The position numbers were made by a program, and so were the translations under genes. From the human T2T-CHM13v2.0 reference genome, Homo sapiens, in NCBI RefSeq assembly GCF_009914755.1, contig NC_060928.1: 64,000 bases of DNA. The stretch is one strand, 5' to 3'. Of this stretch, positions 55,031 to 64,000 are shown one piece after another (position 1 is the stretch's first letter; the number at the start of each line of letters is the position of its first letter). The notes under the pieces are model-generated. The model was given only the letters and a program-made list of their open reading frames with translations. It ran no database searches and was not told the DNA's origin.

Positions 55031-55612
55031 CAATTGACAGACATCAACTTAATTTATTTTTCTCCAGCATCCAATGAGAAAAGCATGGATGAATAAACAT
55101 GAAACATTTGAAGTGATGCACACTAATACATGATACACACCAATTATATGGTCACTTTTTAAAAGTTGCAGCAGTAAATTGTTGCTTTGTATGTGTTTTT
55201 TTTTCTTGAAACCTTTATTTATTGACGAAGTTGACTGCATCATTGTTTTCTCCTAGAGAATCATGTCTTCCTCACTTTTAGGTCATGTGCTTTGGGTTAT
55301 GTTCCAACTCTAATTTAGATTATATGTCCCTAATGCTGGTCAACCAGCTCCCCAAATTTCTGTTGTGGATCCCTTCCTCTATAAACAGTGAAGCCTAGGT
55401 TTCATGGAGAAAGTTTCATGAGCCATAGCAGTCTTATTGATCCAGAAGAGGAGCATGATCCAAATATAATGTCCTGTCAATTAATGCAGTGTCAATAAAT
55501 TTAAAAAGAAATAAGATACTCATGTCATCCTCACCCTTCTATGAAACTGCCCCAGCAGAAGATATATTAATAATCTTCCTTCAAATATTTTAAATTTAGT
55601 TTTCTAACCATT

Positions 55613-56024
55613 TGATATAGTTTGGATATTTGTCCCTTCCAAAGCTTATGTTGAAATTTGATGTCCAATGTTGGGGGTGAGCCTAGTGGGAGGTGTTTGG
55701 GTCACAAGGGCAGGTGTCTCATGAACAGCTTGGTGCCATCCTCGGGATAATGAGTGAATTATCACTGTTATCAGTTCCCATGAGATCTGACTGTGAAAAA
55801 GAGCCTGATACTTTCCCTCTCCTTTTGTTCCTCTCACCATGTGATGCCTGCATCCCTTCTCTTTCTACCAGGAATGGAAGTTCCCTGAACCCTCACCATA
55901 AACAAATGCTGGTGCCATCCTTCTCTTGAAAAGTCTACAGAACAATGATCTTAATAAACCTATTTTAAACTAAATTATCCAGCCTCATGTATTCCTTTAT
56001 AGCAATGGAAAACAGACTAAAGCA
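55613..56024 (+). mobile_element. MSTB-like MaLR solo LTR
   Basis: tgatatagtttggatatttgtccc...aacagactaaagca; exact TSD ccatt. Confidence 0.9.
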
Positions 56025-59000
56025 CCATTGTAATCAAAGCAATCCTGAATTACATAGAAAAAAAAAACTGCAGAACTAATTTAGATTTGCTTATATTTTT
56101 AAAAGAAAAAATGGTTGAGATTACATACTGCATTCCAAATATACACATTACTGTTATACTTCAATAAATACAAATATTTTTACACTGCTAGATGCTTGCA
56201 TTATATGTTGGATGTACGTAGTATGTAGTAGATCCTATCCTACATAACATCGAGTAAAATGTCCTTGAATTTGTCAGATTACAATTATATTTGTTGCCTT
56301 GTTACTCATGTATACTTTATTACAATTTTATTCTTAGTAATTTCTCCAGAACATTTTTGTCATTTGATATCTCTCCCCACCAACCTACCAAATACCACTT
56401 TCCCATCAATAATTTTTAGTGAATAGAGAAAAATTAACTTAGATATTATTCTAGAGTTTTGTATTTATTAATAGAACTCTGTTTTACAACTGCCCTGTTT
56501 AATATAAACAGACTGCTGATTGTGTCCTATTGAAATAAAAGATAACTCTTTGCACTATTGATGAATTATCACTAATCAAAAACAATAAAAAAGGGGGAAC
56601 CCTCCCTATATACACACCTAGCTCCCTTTAAAACTAACAAAAGAAAGAAAAGAAAAAAACATCACTTGAAGTTGTCACTATCAAACATTCACGGTTCCCT
56701 TCATAACTAGTCTTTTGTATAGCTTTAATTATGTCCCTTACTGGGGGGTGACAGCCTGACTACAATTGAGCATTTCTGTGGAAACTTTATCTTTACTTCT
56801 GAATATGGAAACCTAATAGCCTACTGTTAAGACTTCCTTAGATCTGAGCATTTCAGAATATCATGTATGTGTAACAATAGCATTTTTTTTCCAGATCCAC
56901 AGTACATAACATTTTGTAGAAGTACATATTGTGCTATGCTAGTTGCTTTTTAAAGGTAGTAACATTTTCAAATTATTTAGGTATTCGAGAGTAAGGTATT
57001 TCTCAACCAACTCTACTAGAACTTTCAGCGAACTTTTCTCCCAGTACTAAAATGTTAATATATTTTCACATTTTATCTCAAAAATTATTTTTAAATGGCT
57101 GTATTTTTTCTTTGAAAGATTTAGGGTTTGAGCAGTTTTATACAATTCTTGATGTTGCATTTTGCTATATTTAATAAAAGTATTGTTATGAACTAAGTCT
57201 TATTGATGCTATATATTATACATAAAATCCTAATTATTTGCTTGTAGTTTCTCTCTATAATCTTTTCAGATTATACTCAGTTATAAAATAGAAGTATAAC
57301 ATTTTAAAAATATTTTATAAGTGTTTAACTTGTCTCTGTTTGTGTACTGTTGTCAGGCTTTTTTCATCTGGTCACCAGATCTTGGGACTTGTCATCATAT
57401 CTGTCACCATTTGCTGACATAAAATAGAATCAAAGTAATTGTGTTACCTGCCCAAGGTCACATAACTTGTGTAACTGGAATTCTTAACAATAAACGAGTT
57501 GTGGTCTATAATCTTAATACAACGGCATACTTTGAAAGCCATTCTGCCTTTGACGACACTCAGTAAATTAGCTTGCCTTAGCAACAGGCTATTGGATATT
57601 TCCACTACATTTCTGGTCATTCTTAGGCACTACAATATTATTTTAGTAACTATAAAGTCCAGCCATATACAACATTCAGACTTTGGAACTTGGTTTAGAA
57701 TTGATACTGCACTCCTATCTAAGCATGGGTATAAGCTGATTTTTCTTTGATTTTCTGCTTAGTGTTTCATACTTCTCTAGCTCATAAACTCTTGAGTTCT
57801 TACCTTTTCACTGTTGGAGCAATAAGGGAAGAGAAGAATAATGTTTAACAAAGTTCTTTTTTGCCTGGTAATGTCCACATCTGATATTTCAATATCTGGA
57901 CTTCACAGGAGTTTAAGCTTATTCCTTCTTTCACAAATCACTCATGGAGTTTACAGGATCTCCCTCTACTTCCTCCCTCCCTAGCTGGGAACTGCCATCT
58001 GCAGAACCCTTGTAGTGGTAAAACAGTATCATTGCATTGTGTCTTACTCCTCTGCTCAGCCTTGAGAAAGGTGCCTTTGAGCATAGCATATGTAGGTGAC
58101 CAGTATATATTCACCAAAAACAAGCATGCATCCATTTTCCCAAAAGAATCTGGGAGTGTAGCTACATTCTAAATATCAGCCTTCTATTTTAACTTCCTAT
58201 GCTGATTCTTCCAACTTCTCTTTACAGATAACACAGGCGTGACACAGAGTTTGACTTCCTAGATTTCTCCAAATTTCATGGGACACATATTAAATTCTTA
58301 GCACTATTTTAAAAAATATCTCTCTGACTTGAAATAATAAACAACAATTTTACTTTTTTTCTTGGGGATAGGCGAAGGGATGTATTGCAGTCAGAAAGCC
58401 TCCTGCTAGCATCATTCACTGAATAAAAGATTTCTCTAATCTCAAACCTGACTCTTAATCTCTCAAGACATGTGAAGTTTTTAAGAATCCTAATACTGTT
58501 TTATTTATGTCTTTTTTCAAGTCTTACCAAATGTTCTGCATTACAACTCATTTTTGATACACATTACCATAAATGTTAGATTTTAAATGTCTATTACAGC
58601 AAATAAATGGCAAATGACATTTAAACTGATTCTCAGTATTGAACCCTCCTATTTTGTATTTATAACAGTCATTTATCTCCAGAATTCTATGGGTATGTCA
58701 AAATGACACCAAAGTAATATTAGAATAATAAGTGTTATTTATATCCTTTCAATATGGCTCACAGCCTATAAAGCCTGTGGGAACAAGGGGCATTCAGGAG
58801 GTATCATTTTTTGCCAGCCTTTCACTAGTTTACATCCTCATACACAGAAACAAAACAAAACAAAATTCCACAATTTTTACTTATATTGAGTAAATTTTAA
58901 GGAACTATATTTCTTCCCATTAATTCTTTCAATAAGTATAGATTGATCACAAAAAACTTGTTTGCTCCCTGAGGCACTACTGTGATGAAACTATTTTTTT

Positions 59001-60743
59001 ACTTTTAGGTCCTGACCTAGAGGAAGTTACAATTCAGTTGAACACCTACCTACCTTTTTGTTGAACTATTCACAGAATAAAACTAATCTTGGTATACTAT
59101 TGATGAGAATAATGTCAAAACAACAAAACTATGTTTCATACATTAATATATTAAATATAGTTGACTCTTCTGTTTATAAACCTACAGCTGTGTGTTTCAA
59201 GGTCCTTGAACTTTGTAACTGTTTTTAAGAAAAGCTAGGTTTTGATGACTTGATAAAACCAATTTTCATGATACCTTATTTATCTAACATCTAAGCAATT
59301 AGAACTGTCACTAGCTATTCAGACTCCTTTTTTCTTTGTGCCTCTTCTAGAAACTATATTTAGTCAGAGGGAAGGAATAAAATACCATGATAAATATGTA
59401 CCATTAAAGGGATAGACACCACAGGACAGAAAGATACATGGCAATATGAATGAGGAAGGAGACAGTGACAAAATAAATAAATGACACATGTAGCTTAGAC
59501 ACCTGAGTACGGACAGTTTCTATGAAGATGAAAGACAGGAAAATTAAAACTAGAAGAGAAAGGAAAAAAAAATTACTGGAAAATGATACAGACCTCCTAG
59601 GCATGGTTTCAAAAGCTCGCTGAGATAAGAAAAAGCCTTTAAAAGGATAGATCATTAATCACTGGGATTTCAATTAGCTAATATTGACTGGGATGGCAAT
59701 TATGGCATTGATAAGAAAGGGCTTCTTTTCCTGGAGGTAACACAGGCTGTTTCCTGACATATCCAGTGAACAATCCACAGGAAGCCTAGGCTATTATACA
59801 CTTCATCTTAATGTGGCTGGGAAATGAGACAAGGATGAAAAATACGATAGTGGTACAGAGTCATCTAAAGTCTAGTGATCACAATGTCACCAGAATGTCA
59901 ATGCCCTTGAGGTTGTATGTGACAGAACATAACAAAAGCCTAGGCTTGAGTAAATAAATACAACAGGCCATTAGGATATGTGAACTAAGTTTTTTGAAAG
60001 TTGATTAAAATCAATTTCAGCTTCAGCAAATTTATGGAAAAAGAAATTTTTAATAGCAAATAGTAGACTGACTTTCTTATTATAGAAAGCCTTTTTCTTG
60101 TTCTGAAAGTAAATGTAGTAGTTATATTTTCTATATTTTTTGAGGATTTTGGAGAAATAAAGCAGCCACAATATTTTCCCTTAAGAGACTAGCCTATCAG
60201 GATGTCTATTTGAGCTTCCTGCTGGTTGGTGTGTTTGAATTACTTTAAAGTAGCTCTTTACATATACCTGAAAGTACCAGGGTACAAGTTTAATAACATA
60301 TGTGATTAATAAAAAGAGAAGGTATATTAAGGAAAGAGGCAAAAGATATTATATTAATGCTTTGCCATTTCAAAAGCAAAGCAGATTCAAACATATTTTA
60401 ATTTCAAAGAAAAAAATGTAAAAACAACTGGAAACTTTGAGCTGTGAACATAAACTTTTCCAACCATGTCTTTTGAGGAACAAAACAGTGCTCCATTGAA
60501 ATGAATTCCAAAATAGAAATTTAGAATTAACATTTTCATGTTTGAAATTGGATAAAATAAAAAGAATATGTGCTGGTAATTGCATTCCAAATTTAACATA
60601 CCATGTATGATGTAAATATGTTTAACATATAATAAATATTTAATCTATAATACATGCATAATTTAGGTTCTATGGTAGAATAATGCTTAAACACATAACA
60701 CACAATATTTTTTTTCATTATCTTTAAACAATATATTCAATAC

Positions 60744-61572
60744 ATCTATCAGTCAGGGCCCTATTAGAAAACAGATGGTGCACTCAAATTACTATATTTT
60801 AAGGAGTCGTAGTCTAAGAAACCACAGGGACCTCAAGGTTAGCAGTACAGTGAAGTTATTACCATCCCTGTATCCTAAGAGACCAGGGGAAGGAGAAGTC
60901 ACAGGTGTATGGAATGAGCATCGTAAGTGCTCCTTTTTTGGAGAGAGCTAGCCAGCCAGAGATGACCCTTCAAGGAAGGAGCCAAGGAAACAAATACTCT
61001 GACCTTACTCACTTCCCGTATTCTGAACACCTGCTTGGTTCCTGTTGCTACAATTCATCAGAAAGCTGGAGTGTTTAGGAGCCACTGTTGTCGTACATAT
61101 GCGTCACCTATGGCATAGAGCAGTGATATCCTTTAAAAATGTGTGCCCCCCCAACCCAATCTCATTTCAAACTGTAATCCCCAGTGTTGGAGAAGGGATC
61201 TGGTGGGAGGTGACTGGATCATATGGGTGGATTTCCTTCTTGTTCTTCTCATGCTATTGAGTGAGTTCTCACAAGAGCTGGTCGTTTAAAAGTGTGTAGC
61301 ACCTCTCCCTTCACTCTCTCTCTCTCCTGCTGTGCCAGGTGAGGACATTGCCTGCTTCCCTTTCACCTTCTACCATGACTGTAAGTTTCCTGAGGCTTCC
61401 CCAGCCATGTTTCCTGTACAGCCTGAAGAACTGTGAGTAGATTAAACCTATTTTTTCATAAATTACCTAGTCTCAGGTAGTTTTTTATAGCAATGCAAGA
61501 ATGAACTAATACAATCAGGATGAATCAGAGTAGATAGGAATCTGGAGGAGCAAATAAAAGGCATTCAGCCCA
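60744..61572 (-). mobile_element. LTR33-like ERVL LTR interrupted by MST
   Basis: tatcagtcagggccctattagaaaacagatggtgcactcaaatt...gatctggaggagcaaa. Confidence 0.65.
61124..61513 (+). mobile_element. MSTA-like solo LTR
   Basis: tgatat...tgtaatccccagtgttggag...gaactaataca; TSD agcag/atcag. Confidence 0.88.
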
Positions 61573-61707
61573 ATGCACAAAATACTGCAGATAAAGGCAT
61601 ACTCAGGTATAAATTCCTAATGTTTTACTTTATTTATTGAGACAATTGTGGGATTTGAATACTGATTATTTTATAATTTTCTGGCTCTAATTTTGACTGT
61701 TCTTATT

Positions 61708-61738
<31 letters not shown>

Positions 61739-61760
61739 GTATGTGTGTATATGTATATAG
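61708..61760. repeat. (CA)n-(TA/TG) microsatellite
   Basis: Direct reading. Confidence 0.9.
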
Positions 61761-61981
61761 TATGTGACAAATCATATTTTCAGAAAAGAGAAAAATGAAA
61801 AAAAATTATTTATTAAAATCTGGTTTTTTTTTCAGGCACAGTAGCATGTTGTATAGTCTTGAAATTTAAAAAAGTTGTGGAAACATAAACTGGGTTTAAA
61901 TTTTTGTCAGCTACTAAGTGTGAATTTTATACAAATTTACTGTAAACCAAGTTATCAATTTTTATCTCAAAGACTTATTAG

Positions 61982-62532
61982 TATAACCGAGTACCCCCAT
62001 TTTGTAAGAAAATATTTTAATTTTTTTTCCCTCTTCTGTTCTCTTTACTCCTTCTCCCCACTTCCTAGTTAGCTCTTTAGAAATGAAATTATAGATAGCC
62101 TTTTACCTCCTCTTCACCAGGCACTCCCTACAAGGCAAGTTCATCTATGTGCTTAGCACCTCCAGAGCTAAACTCTTACCCACCAGAAGGTTGCCTTGAG
62201 AGATAACAGTGAATTTACAACCCAAAGTATGCCTGGCTATAGTTTTTTCCCACCTTTAAAACCTGATTTTGCCCATGAAGACACTGACCCAACTGTCAAG
62301 TAGGTAAGGCACCCAAGCTAGTACGAGGACGCTTCACTTGCACATTTTGTCCCCTGACTTTTAAAAGTGCCTGCTTTCTACTCCAAAAGCAAAGTGGTAC
62401 CCTTAAGGCAGAAAGCCTGCACTTCTTCCCCTAGGCCAGCTTTAGAATAAAGTCATTTTCTTTATACCAAACCTTGCTCTTGTCAATTGAACTCTGCAAG
62501 TGGTGAGTGACTGAACATGCCTTTTGGTTACA
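61982..62532 (+). mobile_element. ERV solo LTR (family not assigned)
   Basis: Inverted termini t[a]taacc...ggttaca, AATAAA near 62446-62451, ~550 bp, near-TSD ttag/ttaa. Confidence 0.7.
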
Positions 62533-63389
62533 TTAAAAAGAGCTGATGAGAAAATATATTTATACTCATTGTTTCAATATTTGTATTGAGGCCACTGACA
62601 CTACCTTAGAGAGAAGAAGCTCTTCATCTTTCATGCATGAATTATATGTGAAAATGACCCTTTTTAGGAGCAGTGCATTAACCCATGCTACTTACAGTCT
62701 GAAATTCTTGTCTCACCTGTGTCAACTTTGATCACCATTTCAACAAGCCCTGAGGAAAGATGTTTGACCTAAAAGTTGATGGTTTTCTCTGTAGTATATG
62801 AAAATTCGTTTTCTTGGGTTTGGTCTTAATTGCAGTTGTTGGTAGAACATTAAACCACTCCCTGGGATTACATGATTACCTAGCACATTAGCTATCACAG
62901 CAATTCTAGGAGCTGATTTGCATTATCCCCAGATGCTTATAAAAGGGCAGAATATGTTCCAGGGTCAGGCAGCTGGTACATCAGATTTGCCTGATAACAA
63001 ACCTGGGTCCGCTGTATTTGATCATGCTAGTAGATTTTTTAAAGTAACTAAATGAAAACAAAAACAGAAACAAAACCCAAGCATCATAATGAAATAGTAC
63101 TTCTAATACAAACTTGAGGTTTTAATACAATCATCTTATTTACAAATGCCCAACTCAACTCAATAACATAGGATATAAAAGATTACGTACAATATTAAAG
63201 TTAGCATGGCAAATAAATGACATGATTGTTTTTTAAATTTTAATTAATATAAGCAAATAACTATACTAACATTCTACACCAATGCTCAAAACATTGTTAT
63301 TCATCACATCAATTGTCAAGTATTCAAGAATAAATTATTTATTGATTAACTTAGTTATAGTACTACTGATAAGAATATCTGATAGAGAT

Positions 63390-63620
63390 TGACAGTTTAT
63401 TTGGTGGAGCCTGTACCAGGTGATTATAGTTATCCTTTCCTTTAATATACATGAAAACCATGAAAGTTAGATATTATCATTCTCATTCCGCATACATGAA
63501 AACTGAATCATAAAGAGATTAAGTACATCCTCCTGATAGCCCAGTTGGAAAGAGGGAGTCAAGATCTAAACATAAGCTCTCAGACTCTCAATCTCTTACT
63601 TTTTAACCCCACTCCATCAT
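63390..63620 (-). mobile_element. MIR
   Basis: tattatcattctcattccgcatacatgaaaactgaatcataaagagattaagtacatc. Confidence 0.7.
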
Positions 63621-64000
63621 GGTGTCAAACCATTTACTTTCTTGGTTTTATCATTGTATTGCATTGCTCTACTTTTGTTCACGTCCTTACTGTTTTTGTG
63701 TTTTTTTTTATGTTTTGGCTGTCTCCCTCATAATGACTGCTTTCACTACCAAGGCAATTCTGCCAGGAGATTCCTCCATTATTCCTCAACATTCCCCTGA
63801 AGTTGATGTTTGAGGGGACATTAAACCTTCTGGATTTGGTTGTAGAATAGGCACAGGTGAGTTACCACAGGCACCTTTTCTACTACTCTCCTCTCTTGAC
63901 TTTTATTATTCTCCTCTTTTTAAAAAATATAATTAATTAGTATTAATTATTTGATTCATTTTCAGGAGTTAAATTACTTTCTTTATACTCAAATGCATTT

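Overview
AT-rich, CpG-poor primate (human-like) genomic DNA with no recognisable host protein-coding gene, RNA gene, CpG island or CRISPR array. It reads as intergenic or deep-intronic sequence, roughly half of it transposable-element remains. Every ORF with a recognisable product is a broken piece of LINE-1 ORF1/ORF2, ERVL pol, or a translated Alu/LTR. The centre (about 25.7-43.7 kb) is a nested stack. An old minus-strand ERVL provirus (LTR16-type 3' LTR plus pol remnants) is interrupted by a MER31-like LTR, an L1PA4-like 3' piece, two Alus and a near full-length L1PB4-like element. That L1 in turn carries an inverted L1 fragment, an AluJ and a 5.6-kb L1PA8-like element. Elsewhere are many MaLR solo LTRs (THE1/MST/MLT1), Alus, and L2/MIR/MER5 fragments. 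I see no evidence for a new biological system. The notable observations are mechanistic scars readable in the sequence: two candidate L1 3' transductions, two twin-priming inversions (one only 18 bp), two ~100-bp non-tandem local duplications (one flanking a GC-richer insert with a perfect DR1 site), and fold-back palindromes. Three THE1 LTRs also keep an intact DUX4 site. Subfamily names come from recalled diagnostic motifs, not from a database search. Boundaries without a target-site duplication (TSD) are approximate.
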